Shown here: positions 49,701 through 63,754 of the stretch, in pieces
Position numbering within the stretch: the first letter of the stretch is position 1
Layout of the letters: every line of letters starts with the position of its first letter
Assembly (NCBI GenBank): GCA_035221665.1
Contig: CM069145.1
Coordinates: 26,784,001-26,848,000, forward strand
Length of the DNA stretch: 64,000 nt
Source of the DNA: Okamejei kenojei
Taxonomy: Eukaryota
Direction: 5' to 3'
Position numbers and translations under genes: made by a program
Notes under the pieces: generated by a model
Told to the model about the DNA's origin: nothing
What the model saw: the letters and a program-made list of their open reading frames with translations, nothing else
Databases searched by the model: none

Positions 49701-51908
49701 GTGAAATAGCTTTAAGAAGGTTTAAAATTGCAGAGAAAGAGAATGAGCCCTGTGTACAGGGATAAGAGCGGCGGCCCAATGCTTGCCCGTTTCTGGTGCA
49801 TCAGGTTTATGCTCAAAGGGTGGCTGAGAAATTTAAACATTTTAGGATTGCAAATTAAGTGACTACAGTCCACGCTTCCTCCTTTAATACCGCATCCAAA
49901 CTTTTCCCTTATTTCTCATCATGAATTCTGTATTAGCGGCATGGTGTTTTTCACAGCTTATTTTTTAATGTATGTGTGAATTGATCACAAATTAACTAAA
50001 ATACATGGAACCAAACCTTGGAGATGGTGAGAGAGAGTAAATATGCATGAACATCAAATTATATTTATTGTACATTTTGTAAATTTATAAGAAAGACAGG
50101 GCATGTCTTTAAACACAGGGAATTTGGTGTGCTTTCACTCTTAAGTACAAGAGAACTAAGTTGATCCAAGTTGCCCTTTGTTGATTTCATGGTTTTTTCC
50201 AAATTCCCACATAAATTGGCAATGTCAAAGTTGTTCTTAGGATTTGGGCAGTGAATCTAATTAAATTGTCAGTCCTTCATATGTTCAAAACATTTTTTTG
50301 CATCCTATATATTACAGTGTACCATAAGAATTCTATTCTGTGCTTTTTGCAAAGTATTTTTTATATGGTTTATGCAGATGCGAGTGAGAGAATAATCACG
50401 ATTGTCCATTGCTTTTAAGGAAGTGTTGATCATAATATTTGTGTAGGAATTATTTAGGATCCTGTCTTTGAGTTGATGTTGTTAAGATGTAAGATAGAGA
50501 CAATTATCCCAAGTGGGTTATAACAGTGCATTCCTTATTCAAATGATGCATATTTGGGAAGAAAGATTCTTTCTTCATTCCAGAAAGCTCTGAAGAAAAA
50601 TTTCAGACAGCTGTCGAAAAAGATATGCAATTCTTTTAATTTTTATCAGCCACCTTGCCGCATTTGTAAGTTCGACTTGTACATCTTGTTTGCTTTTTCT
50701 TCATACTTAATAGCCTTCACTTCATTAAAAGTGTATTAATCTGACTGTTAGTCCCCAGGGGGAACCCATAAGATGTTTTTTTTTTGTCTCTTTTTTTTTT
50801 TTAGATTGCAAAAAAAAATCTAGCAGATTTGGACCCTGTCAGTCAGAAATAATTGTGTTCTTAATCTTGTCCCTGATGGATGGCTCGGAGTTCAGCATCA
50901 GGCCAGCTCCAATGACAAATACAGTATTAATATTCATTAACTGCTTTGACAATGCTAATTTTGATGCAGTAGTAAAGGGCCTTCCAAAGTTAGCGGCCAA
51001 AGCATCAGAGCTGTAGAAGGTGGCAAGATAATTTGTGCTGGTTTGCTGAGCTGCAGCTTTCAAAGTAAACCAAAGCTAGGTAAAAAGTTCTGAAGTATTG
51101 TGAGGCAAGGCTGCGGAAGTAATACGATCACAGTCCTCCAAAAAATTTGACACCTCCGATGAAGCTGGTTTGACTGAAATTTTAACCAAGTTGTAACAAA
51201 AAAAAACATAACATGGTAAGTCAGCACATTTTTTGATTTTGTTTAATCTTTTGATCTTTTCAATTATCACCATTTGAAGATCAATAGTCATTTTTTCCCT
51301 AGTATTCTTTAAAGGCGCTCAGCGGTGTCATTCTGCGTGTGTTAGTAACGCAGGCTTCAAAAGTGGGCAGTGAAGCTTTATGGAGCTGCTTGCCACATTC
51401 GACAGTTGTAAGCATTAAGAGTACAGATATTCTTCGTAAGTTAATTTTTATTTAAAGTAAAAACTGGGATTCAACGTGCAAAAATTATTGCATAGTTTTG
51501 GCATTTACCGACGAGCGTGTTTATCTGTGCTGGATATGTGGGGAAAATAAAAGGTAGGTTAGCTTTTATACTATGGGGAGGAGGAGTGAAGGGCGCAAAT
51601 CTTTTTTTTGTCTGCGGCTTCAAAATACCAGTCAATTTAACATTATGAGAGGCTGCAACTGGTTTTAATGTTGCCAAGTAAGCAGGAGACAGTTGATCTT
51701 TTGTTCTTTTCTGAACTGTTAAGGGTGCCGTTTGGGGCTGCTTCTGATCAAATGAGCGTTGCCATCTCATTATCTCTTTCCCGTGAAGCAAGGTAATTCA
51801 CTGAATAGACCTGAACTTGAGCATCTTTTCTTGGAGAGCTGGAGTTGGATGCAGTCGCTCCGTGCCCCTATCTCAGTAGCATCTTGCCTGTAAGTGGCTC
51901 AGGTAGAG

Positions 51909-51924
51909 TGCTGCCCTCCAGTGG
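51909..51924 (-). promoter_or_regulatory. Candidate CTCF site
   Basis: Minus strand CCACTGGAGGGCAGCA versus core CCASYAGRKGGCRS (one mismatch). Confidence 0.35.
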
Positions 51925-54048
51925 ATCTGCCTACATCATCATGAAGAGCTGGCTGATTTGCACTGTAGCACGGGAGCGGCAACATGCTTGAATTCAGGCC
52001 GTGTGAAGCATCGTAATTTGAGTAGGTGTCAATGGTAAGTTAGAACAATTTAAGGAGGCCTGAATGTTGAGGTTTGAGAAGCGATGTTTAAGACAAACAA
52101 GTATGATGACTTGTCGATGGAATTGTTTTGCTGTTTCATTTTTATTTCATATTTTAAAAAAAGCAAAACTTTTTTAAAAGCTGTTGAGTGAAGGAAATAT
52201 TTAGATTGTTTTACTTGATGCAATGGCTGAAGTTGAATTTGCATTCCCTCTTTCCCACAGTTTTCTCTCTGCCTTTCCCTCTACATTCCACCCCCTTCGA
52301 ATGGCCGCTCCTCCCCACCCCCCACCCCTCAGTCGTTGCAAGGTAAACATGCGAGCTGAAAAGGTTTGGTATTTTAAGTGTTCACCTTCCGTCGCCTGTG
52401 TGGCGAGCCTTCGCCCCGCTCCTTTTTCTTCTCGCATCCTCCAATCCCAAAGAAAGCTGTGTTGAAGTTGCCCATCCTTTCTGCCGCACTTGGTGCTCAT
52501 TGTGCTAAATGATTAGTAACTGTCCATCATCAGCAACCAAACTCCCAGTTTACTTAAGAAATTGCACGTGTGACAAAGGAAGCTGCTGGAGTGTGGTGGC
52601 CACCGTGAATAGAGGGAGGGAATGTAATTAGCTGCCTCGTTGTTGGGCTTTTTACATGTCAAACTGCAGCCTCATTGCCTTTGTTAGTGCCTGTATTGCA
52701 CCATATAAAGGGAATTCAAAGGTTTTGTTTTGGTATTAAGGCCTTAAAGATTTCTGGCCGACACTGCACGCGAAAGCCAGATTAGTGTGGAACGCTAAAT
52801 AAAGAGGGAAAAACTGCGCACCGTTTTGATTCCCCAGGTCTTGGGTCCTGTCACTTTCCTTGCCCAGCGTAGATAGCAGAAGAAAGCTTAAGTCTCCCGT
52901 GGTACTCCCTAGATGAGTTTAAAATGTGTGCGTGAAGTTTGGTTTTCACAACTTGACGAGGGTTATTTACAAATCCTTGTTCTGGGCTGGAGGAGCAGGG
53001 GCTGCTGTCGGATGCTATCTGCCACCTGTATTCAGAAGGTGGGGTGCGGGTTAATGGGAACATTTCATTACTTTTGCTTTTATTGTGAAAAAAACATTAA
53101 CTTGGAACATTTGAGTTGCCTCTCCCCTCACACATCTTCCCCGTAATTTTAAAGATGGAGTAGGTTTTGTTTTGAGGATGCAATTAGCGACGGGAAGCAG
53201 TATGCAAAGAGCAGGTCAGAAAGAGAATCCTTACAATACAAAATCTGCTCTTGTATATTGTATGTAGCTGAGGTCAGCCAAGAGAAGCTGCAGTGTGGTC
53301 TAGTGCTTTGCCTTTTCTCCTTTTTGTATTTACTACCATAATAATTAAAAAAAACCTGCTGGGATTCATGGCAAGCCCTCACAGGTGTCTGTTTTTATAT
53401 GTATTTGTATATCTGCGTATGTGTGCGTGTGTGCATGATATATTGTATGTATATATTTGTGTCACTGTGACAAGAAATATAGCTTTCCCACAGCTCTTCC
53501 CCCCAGAACTTCAGCGTGAGGGATTTGACATCCCCACAGATGTGACTGCATGCTACAGTTTGTTGATCATGCTCCCTTAACCACTGCTTGTCTCTTCCCC
53601 CCTGCTCTTATTGATACCTTTCCATATAGAGTTGCAGCATTGTCATTTTGGTAATCCTGGGAGAGTTGTAGGCTTTGAAAAGAAAATAAATAGTACGCAA
53701 GAGGTTATACCCGTGTGTGCGGTCTTGCTCATTCCTAAGTGAGCATTTTGATGCAGTGATCTGTTTCCATTTGTGTCCTAAATTTTGGTCCCTGCTGTAC
53801 AGCAGGTACAGGATTGCACCCGGACTAAGATGCAACCAACGGCAAACTTGAATGAGGATGTTGGTTCTAAAAACACCAGGCCACAGAACTGGGAAGCTCT
53901 TGATCTTTTGAGACATCTTTTTTTAGTACTTTAAAAAAAAAAGACGCTAAAAAAGCAGGAAGAAACAAAAGCGCAGTCGGCACCAAGGCAAGAGAGAAAG
54001 GGGGGGGAAAAGTTGTAGAGGTTAAGAGACAACAGAAGACAAAGCGGC

Positions 54049-54171
54049 ATGTACCCGAGGGATGCAATTTTGCTGGGAATGGAAGAAGGGAACAATAAAG
54101 GAGGAACGTTAGCCTCTGGGCTCTCCTTATTCCATCAGTTTGGTTGCTGGCACCTCAATCTAAACAGCTGG
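54049..54171 (+). other. Candidate alternative first coding exon (41 codons, phase 0)
   Basis: GCGGCATG start, open frame MYPRDAILLGMEEGNNKGGTLASGLSLFHQFGCWHLNLNSW, then TGG|GTAAGT donor. Purine-rich 5' UTR-like leader. Not recognised as a known protein. Confidence 0.3.
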
Positions 54172-57100
54172 GTAAGTTTCTGTATGCTACAGTGCACGGT
54201 TATATTTTATTTCACCCGATGGGCTTGTGATAAGGCCAGTCACTGTGGTTAAGAGGTGGTCAGCTTAGGTAGCGACCTTCTATCCAACACTTGAAACTAT
54301 GACCTTTGTAACACTGCTTTCATAAGAATTTCTTCTGTGAAGAAGGAACCAAAAAAAGAAGAAAACAATTGTAGGCAACATAACATTGGGTTTGCATTAG
54401 GAAAGTTGTTTTAACCATCTCGATGCTGATCTTTTTTCTTGATAGATGTCTGGTTCGAGATGTTTTGCAAATTGTAGTGCAAAATTTACATTTTAGGATC
54501 CTAATTAATTCTGAGATTCCACTGTCATGCTTCCAATTAGTTAAATTGTACTTTTAAAATTGATTTGAAATATACTCGTATGGTTTGAGAGAGCTTCTTA
54601 ACGTGGTTCAATTGTCAAAGCTGTTTTCGATGCAACAGTATTTAAATCATGAATAAAACCAAATGTGAAAGAGACCTTACTCATTTTACTATCTAAATGT
54701 CATTTAGATAAGGAGGATGGCTTTCTTAATGAACTCTTTGCAAATTGGAGATATGAGTTGGATCATGAAAAATAAAATACTTTCATTTTTTTAAGTCCTT
54801 TACATTTTCCGGTCGCGGAACGCAGCAAAAACACTATGGAGTAATTGCTCCCTTTTAGACTGATACAGCGTCTGATCCTCTTCAAAATTGCACTGAGGGT
54901 TTGAACAGAAAAAGAATAGTTTAAATAAATTATTAGAAGCAGTGCGCACCACAGATGTAAATGGGTATTTGAAGAATCATAGACAGCAAGTTGTTTTCTA
55001 ATGTTTTTGTGTTCATTTCAATCCTTGTGAGACATTGCTTAATATTATTTAATTAAAAATAAGAGTATGTCCGGAGCATTTCCAAAGCTTTCTTTTGAGT
55101 TTGTAGGAAAACCTAATTTATGAGGTTTTTGGAGGTTTTGGTGTGCGTTACTGCTCTATGGGGTTGTAACAAAAATCTTCCATTCAATAATATTTTAGAA
55201 CATACCCAAACACTGGCATAGGTTTTTGATAATGTGTTCTCCTTCGATTAAAAGCAAACCTAATTTTCTTTTTCAAATGTAAATACGTTGAGGTGTGTGT
55301 GTGTATTTCACTGCTGTGGGCTGTCTTTTTCCTGCAGTGAACAAAAATGAGTGCCAGATGTTTTGAACATACCACCAGAACAAATAAAATGAGCATTTTA
55401 AGGCTGAAATTTTATTTTCTTTTTTTCCCTGATAAATGTTCAGTGTACTTCCCGCGCCTACCCACTCCCAATGTAATTAAGCCACAAAACACTTTTATAT
55501 TCTGGTTGTATTTCACGTTAATGGCATTGATGGTATTGACTATCATTTGAATAACAATTGCACTGATGTGAAGTCCACAGCGGGACTTTATACAGTAAAT
55601 GTTAAGCAGCCGTGTGAATAGGTTTGAGTATCAATTATATATGTTGCAACTTGTTGGTGTCCAAGCTAGGAGAAACAAGACAGCGTTTTTGAGATTGTAT
55701 GAATTTACCTCAGTTGGGACATGAATTAAAAATTTTAACCACGTCAATTTTGTGTTTATTATATCAAAACCAGCATCCACCTTGCGGTTTTAATTTTTCC
55801 TGCAAAGTGTTAGTGTTTTTGCACCAATTGTTTTCCCCACCACCACCTTATCACTGCAGTTATGTTTAAATCAGGGAATAAATTATTTTTAGTCCACAAA
55901 CATACACCCATGAAACCTTGATATTTGCGAAGGAGCATTTGAGTGCTGATTTTAATCCCAATTTTGGGATTACTTTGAAGGCAAGAATATTAGTTTACAG
56001 GAATGTTTTTTTGCTCATTCTTGCTAATCTGAAATGACCCCATGACCGATTGAAGAGAGGGACGGATGTCGTACGTAGCAGTTTCACCATTTTAACCTCG
56101 ATCGCGGCTGATCAGGCTTCACCTTGACTTTGGTGTATGCGTTTCTGACAAATATAAGGAAATAATTCCGAAATCTCCTCTTGTAAGGCAAAACCTGTTA
56201 AAGATCAATTAATGCCTTGGTTTCTGATGCTTCCAATATGCAATTGATTGCCACTCAAGATTTCTTAGTCATAGTTGGGCAAAGGAAACATTTTGTTCTC
56301 TGTGCGGGTGTTCCCATTAAGAGGGCTCAATTATATTTTGTTGCTTAATCACTCAATATGGTAATTTCACTGATTGAAGCTACAGTAATGTTACTAAGTG
56401 CTCTAGGCAAAATGATGGGCACAAAGGTGCTGTAGTCATTTTCCGTATGTTTTGAAAGACATGAAAATACAATCTTTTCAAAAAAAAGGTAATCCTTTAT
56501 TGACAATGTACAAAATTGTCTTATGGTCCCCTTTTCTGGTCCTCACTTTTTTTTCTTCTCACACGCGAACGCTTTTGAGTTTATACTGAAATGAATACTT
56601 GGATTTGAGCTTTGCTGCTGCTATTTATCAGGTCACATGCGTGGCAGATGTCTTGTTCTGCTGGAATTTGTCAACCTGAAACACCAATCGATCATAGCTT
56701 GTCAGTTAACTTTCCTTTAACTACTTGTCCAGTCTGGCACATACGTCCTACACAAAGTTCAGTCATTGTACTGCAGACTCTGTGAAACTCTCTTGTATGT
56801 TCGACTGAACTGCTGTAAGTGCAAATTGATTTTTCTTTTGCTGAAAAGATTGATGCTCAAGGCTCCTCAATAAGCATACGTGCATTGTAAGAAATGCTAA
56901 CTGCTTTGTAAACCACAACCTCTTTGCCCTCAAGCTCAATGTTATCAAACGGAAACCGACGACCATCTAAATAACTACATTGTAAATAAAATTGTATGCT
57001 TTAGTCAACAGCCCAGAATAACTCAATGTGTGAATTAATTGCCCAAGAATTATGAAGTACCAAATAACATGTTAAGATGCAGCATGTGGCTAGTTTCAAA

Positions 57101-59704
57101 GCTGACTCGGGCAAGTAACTGTAGGAATTTTGTTAAGACAAATATCAATTGACTAACTAAGGATAGCCAAAAACAAATTAAATATTTAAAATATGGGTTT
57201 ACATTAACAAGCTGCATGATTCTGATATAACCAAAAAATTCTGATATTGCGTCTCATAACAGAGGAGACTGATGAGCATCAGTTTCTGAAATTGGGTCCT
57301 ATTTTGGATACAACTTCAACATCTGTGTAAAATGAGTAGAATTACTTAAAGCAATTGGGGATAAAGGACTCCTTTCAGTAAGTCACCGCGTGTGCAATGG
57401 AATGCTTGCTGCAGCTAGCATAACTCAAATATTCTCAAGCATTATTTAATGTACTATAACGTGACATGTTAATCCATCGTTTGTTTTGTCAGTTTCCTTC
57501 TTCATTTTCTTTTAGGCTTTTGTCCTCTGGTTATTTATACAATACCCTGCAATATTTTGTTTTACAAGTAGCAATCACATCTTAAATTGTAATGCAACAC
57601 ACCCTTTATCATCTAGCCCAGTTAGTGATTTTATTTTCCCACCAGTTATTATCCTGCTAGTTACTATGGGTTCATTATGTGGCTGTTGGGGAATCTTCCA
57701 AACAATGATGAATTTTAAAATACAACTATTTTAAATTGTTACCAGTATTTTTATCCCCCTATTCTGGGACTAATGGAAAGAAATGAGCTTGAAATAAGTA
57801 GTTCATGATTTACGTAATTGTCCTTTTGAAAGGTTGGCATCACTGGACTGCACTTGGTGGGAAAGTTTTGAGAAATGCTGGGGTGTTAACTGAGAATGTA
57901 ACCGCAAGGGTAGCCGTTGTACTGAAACTGAAATCTTTTGGTGACCAAAATATGCTGGGAAGTGGTATAATTGAGCAATTAACATTTAACGTTAAATGCA
58001 TTTAATAGTAGTAGTTCCCCTCTGCATTCCTCCAAAGGATAGCAGGCCCCAGAACATGATTTTTGTTTGGTTTTGCTTATACAATTGCAACAATTGGGTG
58101 GCCAGAAAGTGGTCTTTCTTTCTTGACAGCTGAAATAGCTTGGAAATATGTGAGAGCATTCGGGGGCAGTTTTGTGCTGCCTGGTCGTGCGGTATTGTCT
58201 TGGTATGCTGTTGTGTCAGTGGTCCTGTCATCGTTTGTTGTTGGAGACAAGAGGCCTCTTCCTGAGCAGGAGAGTTTTACTAGTCAATGAAGGCCTTGTC
58301 CTTGGGAACAATAGCCAGCTAACAAAGGGCAAGACCTTGGCCAGAAATGAGCTATATAATACTGTGAAAGGGCGCAGACCACTGTATAAATAAGAATAGG
58401 AAAAGTAGATTTGGGAGAAAATGCTTACTCAGGTGTGAAGGATTTTTTTTTTTGGTGTTGGACAATGTAAAGAAAATGTTGAATGCATGGATTTAAATAT
58501 TGTCTTTTAGCAATCCTTCAACATTTGTTAGTGGAGAGTTATTATTGAGCATGAGTAGCCCGAAGAAAATTTAACTATTAATAGATTTATTTTAAATGAC
58601 GGTCTCCCTCTCCTTTCAGCGTTCCAGTTTGTATGTAGGCGCGCAACAATTAAGGAGTTAATAGAGAGCAGACTTTTGCAATAAGAGACTCGAGTGTGGC
58701 CGACCATTAAGATTAGTACCTTTAGAAAGTAAACCATGCCTGGGTATAGCCAAGCTTAGGGCTAGTAATTTGAGCAAAGCCTAGGAGTTGCCAGAATTAG
58801 CCTGGAGCCCAGGGAAGGCAGACTGACAGACCCCCTTGTGTCGCGCCTTTTGTTTTATTATACTTTGAGCACAAATGCACTTTTCAGACCCAGTCTTTCT
58901 TCAGCTGCACAGAGCTGTGATGAACGCAATAGGGTGCATTCAGTAGAAGGGACAGGGTAGAATGATGATCGTAGCAGTTTCAGTTTGTTTTGCCTGCCTC
59001 TTGATTAATGACATCAGAGGTGAATGGCAAGCTTTCATTTCTCTTGGGTTACCAATCTTTTTTTTTAAAAAGCAGTGAAGGATTATGAGTGTTCAATCAA
59101 TCTTTGGACTGCCACATTCCTGATTGTGAATGCTATGCAGGGTCCACCCTAGTGAAACATCTCCCACTGCAGATTATTTGGAATGTGATGCTTAAGTACA
59201 CTTGAAAGGTCAAAGGTTGATTCTGGAGTTTCCTGGGTAAAGTGCTGTGCAATGAGGAGGAGTTTCCTCACACCCTGCCTACTGCCACTGTTTGATGGAC
59301 AGACCCACTTCCTACAGGCATTTCCTCCACATCCGCCCTTGGTAACAGCTTAATATTCTAACATCCTCTTTCCTTCATATAAATCCCAAATAGTTTTAAA
59401 TTTACAAGAGTGATGCCATCGTCTTCTGCAGCTTCTCACTGAATGAAATTTGTTGTTTACTGTAGTCTTAATGAAGAAAAATTCTACCAAAGGGATACAA
59501 GCGCTATGATCTGCACACACATGTAAATGAGTATTGGCGAGCGTGATGATAAAATTAGTATAAAGAACTGTATATTTTATATTTGTATGTGATTTTTCAG
59601 ATGTGGGGTTTGTTGTGTTCATTTGAAAATGGACAGCATCAGATGGAATATGATTCCTAACCAATAACAAAAATGCAATGCTATATAAATCCAAATTTGA
59701 CCTA

Positions 59705-59775
59705 GTCTGAAGAAGGGTCTCGACCTTAAATGTCACCCATTCCTCCTCTTCAAAGATGCTGCCATTTTGTATCTA
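59705..59775 (+). mobile_element. Penelope-related short repeat, partial
   Basis: GTCTGAAGAAGGGTCTCGACCTTAAATGTCACCCATTCC...AGATGCTGCC. Confidence 0.75.
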
Positions 59776-61818
59776 CCCGGTAAAATAGTGGCATTGTCCA
59801 TCAGCAATTGTAATTTTCAAATTTCCCATTCAGTATGAGTTCTGCTTTTGGAGAGGTTTTTCAGGTACCTTTGCCCAGATATAGATACATACCAACTATC
59901 TGAACTGTATACAAGTAAAAATTGCCATGTGTTATAAAATGTGTGTATTTTTAATAATTGCTTCTAAGGTCCTGCCTAAGTTGCAATATTGCACATCCCA
60001 TGGTGTCCATCCTCGTACGTCAATGGCCTGAATTATCCAATCTGTGTCCCTTTGTATTGTTCCCAAGGTCTCTGCCCTTATCTCAGCCTCTTTCCGTATG
60101 TGCTCTTGATCCCAAATTCAATCTTGCCTCTTTCTGCAGCAGACCTTGTGAACCAAACCAACCCGCATATCTGGACTGGAGCAATGAATTACAGTGAAAA
60201 GAGAGATAAAACATTCCACACTATTCATTGATATATCTTCTTTAAAAGTATTATAAAGAATGTGTGTGCAATTAAAGTTGTTTTATCGGACCAAATGCTC
60301 TGCATACCGGCAGATGAATTATAACTATCGCCTTATTAAAATTATAACTACTCTTACTGCAAGTTTTTTAAGTTTTTACGTTCATTTCATAATTTAAGCG
60401 GGCGATAATAATATCCAATTTTCTCTGCTCCCCTTACAAAAATAAATTATCATTGTACTAAATGAAATAATCTGAATAATACTGCTTCTCATTGCCTACT
60501 TAAGTCAGAGCAAACAATCTATCAGATCTTATTAAGTGGGTTTCATAATGAGTTGTGATTTTTTTTAAATTTCAATGCTTTGTTTGACATTTTACAGTCA
60601 AAGCTATTCAACATTTTCGGTCAAAAATTATCTGGCACTGTGCCACTTTATTTCTGAAGGAACAAAATTAAAATCTTACAGAATCAGAGAGGTTAATTCT
60701 TGTCATAATAAACAAGTACTCATTTTGGGATGCTTTCTGCACTGTTAGGTTTTATCTATTGGTGCAAATCGTTTTCGGTTCAGACATTGGTTGCGAGTGA
60801 ATTCAACTGCCGATATGTGATTAAGGTCGTATGTGTTAGAGACTCCTCAGTATTTCTACTTAAAAATCAAGCTGTTACATAAGGCAATGATGGCCCATTT
60901 GGGGAGACCGTGTCAGGGAACTGAATTAAAATCAATACTGTTACTAGCAAGTTAGTTGAGTTCATCGAATCCTGTCATTTGAACTCAACTTATTATTAAT
61001 AACTGCTTTAAGGTCTGTCTTTAGATGTCATTGGAAGTCCCTGCTAATCAGTTATATTAAAGGGGCTCTTGACTTCCTCTGCAGAATTTATAATAGTTTC
61101 TAAATATTTTCTGACAGATGTAAAAGTATATATGTTCAAATGTCAGTTTGACATAGTAGAAACATATGCTTAATTAACAAATGCATTTATAAACTGTGAA
61201 TTAAAAACTGAAAATTCAATGGTCTCCATTAAATTTCCCCAATTATTAATTTGCCTTAATAATTCCATAAATATTATTTTTCTGAAATTCAACATCACAG
61301 TTCTGTGATCTATGTACAATGTACTCTGGCCATAACTCACTCTAACATTTTGGGCTCCTTGCTCTCAAGCAACTTCTAGGTCCTGCCTCAACCGTGCAGT
61401 CCACTTTTCAAACTATGTTTTGTTCACAAGATTGATGATGTGATCTGAGAGCTGCATTGTGCTCAGCTTGTTTCTGCCCTGCATTGTTATTCACTCTGTA
61501 AGATGCTTGTAACACCTGAATGTCTTCTTCAATAATGGATTTTAAAGTGCAAACAAACTCAAAGTTAACTGGTGAGTGTTCGTCAGTTCGATCTCACTAT
61601 CCGATTATGCAAATGTGCAATTTGACTGAGGGTAAATTAATATTTAGCCAAGTTCATGTTAAGACATTTCTTACTATGGTCTGCTGACTAAATAATGCTA
61701 ATTACAGTTTCTAAGTGAGTGCAAATTCTCTCCTTCCTCTGTTTTATTTGTTTTTATTTTTCTCTTGGTTTTGGTTTTTCTGTCCAACTTTTCTGTCTTT
61801 TTGTTTTCTCTGTGTGAA

Positions 61819-61955
61819 CTTTTTCTTGCGTATGGCATGCAGAGCCTAAAGTTGTAGGTCAACTTGTTCTATTTGATCTATCTGTTTGTGCACGTTGGGT
61901 TGATTGTATTAGCCGAAATAGGGCGGACCACGTGAAGGCTGCAATCTCCCACCCC
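61819..61955 (-). mobile_element. ~135-bp short interspersed element with an A/G-rich tail (possibly RTE-mobilised)
   Basis: Minus strand GGGGTGGGAGATTGCAGCCTTCACGTGGTCCGCCC...GCCATACGCAAGAAAAAG. Imperfect flanking repeat TCTGTGTG / TCTGTATG. Confidence 0.45.
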
Positions 61956-63754
61956 TCTGTATGCTCATTTATCATGAAGAGCCTGACTGTTATAGGAACT
62001 TCTGTCATATTATGTTAGTTTTTGAATTACTTTAAAAATAAATAACATTCTTGTTCCTAATTAATTTGGGTTGTTTTCCTGACAATCTAATATCTGCTGC
62101 TGGAATCCACGATGCAAGCAATTTTAATCCTGTTGAAGCAAGATCAACATCCTGGGAAGTCACAATAATACACATTTTTATCAAAACCAGTGTAGATTAC
62201 CCATATCTACTCAGATCTGACTTTCCATATCAATAAACCTTTTGGTCTCTTGAGCGAGATTGGTTATTTAATGCTGCTGATTATTTTGTATTGTACATGA
62301 GTGGCCAGTCAAATCTGGACTGTAAGTTGCATTAATGTGTGCAAACATGGGCACGGTCACACGCAATATGGGGGCAGTGCGACAAGCAACTTTTGATTCC
62401 ATTTGGAGATCATTTGGCCAGGATTCTTATTTAGAATAGTGTTGGGAGTTAGACGACTACCCAACTCTTTAAAATGTTAACACGTATCAGTGACGTAAAG
62501 GTAGAGAGGTATTTGGTGCTCAAACAAAGAATCAGTCATTATTTATAAGCTTAATAATACAGGCATGTGTTGAACTTGGCTTAAGGCGCACCTCTCACTT
62601 GGACCAATTGACTTTTGAGCCCTGGCAAGGAATTTAAAAGGGAATCAGATCGATTCCTGTCTCATCAGCGCGAGGTTAGTTTATCGGTTATATCAGATCA
62701 GCTCCTGGTACTGCAGAGGAAGCTGGATGGCTAAGATTCTTTTACTGTTCACCAGCTCCTTAGGAAATAATCCAAACCCTTTAGCCTGCATTAGAACTGT
62801 GATCCTTGCAAAGGAGGTAACTACAATTTTCTTATGTGCAAATGCATGATAAATTAAAGTTCTCGTGTGACTAAAACATGAGGTTTACTTAATATAACAT
62901 GGACTTTGAAAGGAAATTTGGTGCATATCAAAGGAATCTCTTAAATGAGATGGACTGCAGTTGGATTGTGTTGGGGCCTAATTGACTGTTTTTTGTTAAT
63001 AAATGTTTCATTACAATCAAAATTAGTTTGTTGATGAAGGGGAAGAAACTGAATCATCATCTACTCTGCATTGTCCATGTGTCCTGTAACCTCATTATTA
63101 CAGTTGCAGGCGCCAATTAGAAGCAGGAGCGACTGTAGACAGTAAATAATTAGCAAAAGACCTCCTGCTGTTTGCTCACAGAATTTTGCAGCAAATTCTA
63201 TCCAAAGCATGGACTTACAGGAAGCTTGTGATGCCAGTGGACAAAGCCTTTTGCTGTAAAGCAGACTGTTGCGATTCAATTGCCTAAAATGCCCCGTGGC
63301 AATGTGATGAAATCTTCATGCTGAAGTTCAAGGTTTTGCATCTCGTTGGTTTCAACGGGAAGCTAATCTGTTTCTTTTTTAAGAAAAAGGAGCTTGTGGT
63401 AATTGTCGGCTGCCGGTCGTCACTTCTGTATCAAAAAGTAACAATATTAGTCCTGCAAATCCTGTACATCAAACATATTTTCCAAAATCTGCAGAACTTA
63501 TTGAGTAGCTTTAGAAAATGGGATGTTGTACACTTTGTATTCCACGTAATCAAAATGTAATCAGTAATTTAATGCCATAATGTCACGTTCAACAATTGTC
63601 TTAAAACTTTTATCTAAAGTATACTCATCCACCGTTTAAATAAACATGTAGCATTGTGTCAACGATGCACAATGACTGATGGAGCCGTGTAAATAGTAAG
63701 AAATGCTGGGTATTGCTACACGCAGGTGACTTTGTCTGGGTGACCTTCTATGGG

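Noticed and set aside
51907-52033. Open frame SAALQWICLHHHEELADLH... ending at a GTAAGT donor as a coding exon
   Set aside because: No good acceptor or in-frame ATG; kept only as a possible non-coding first exon.
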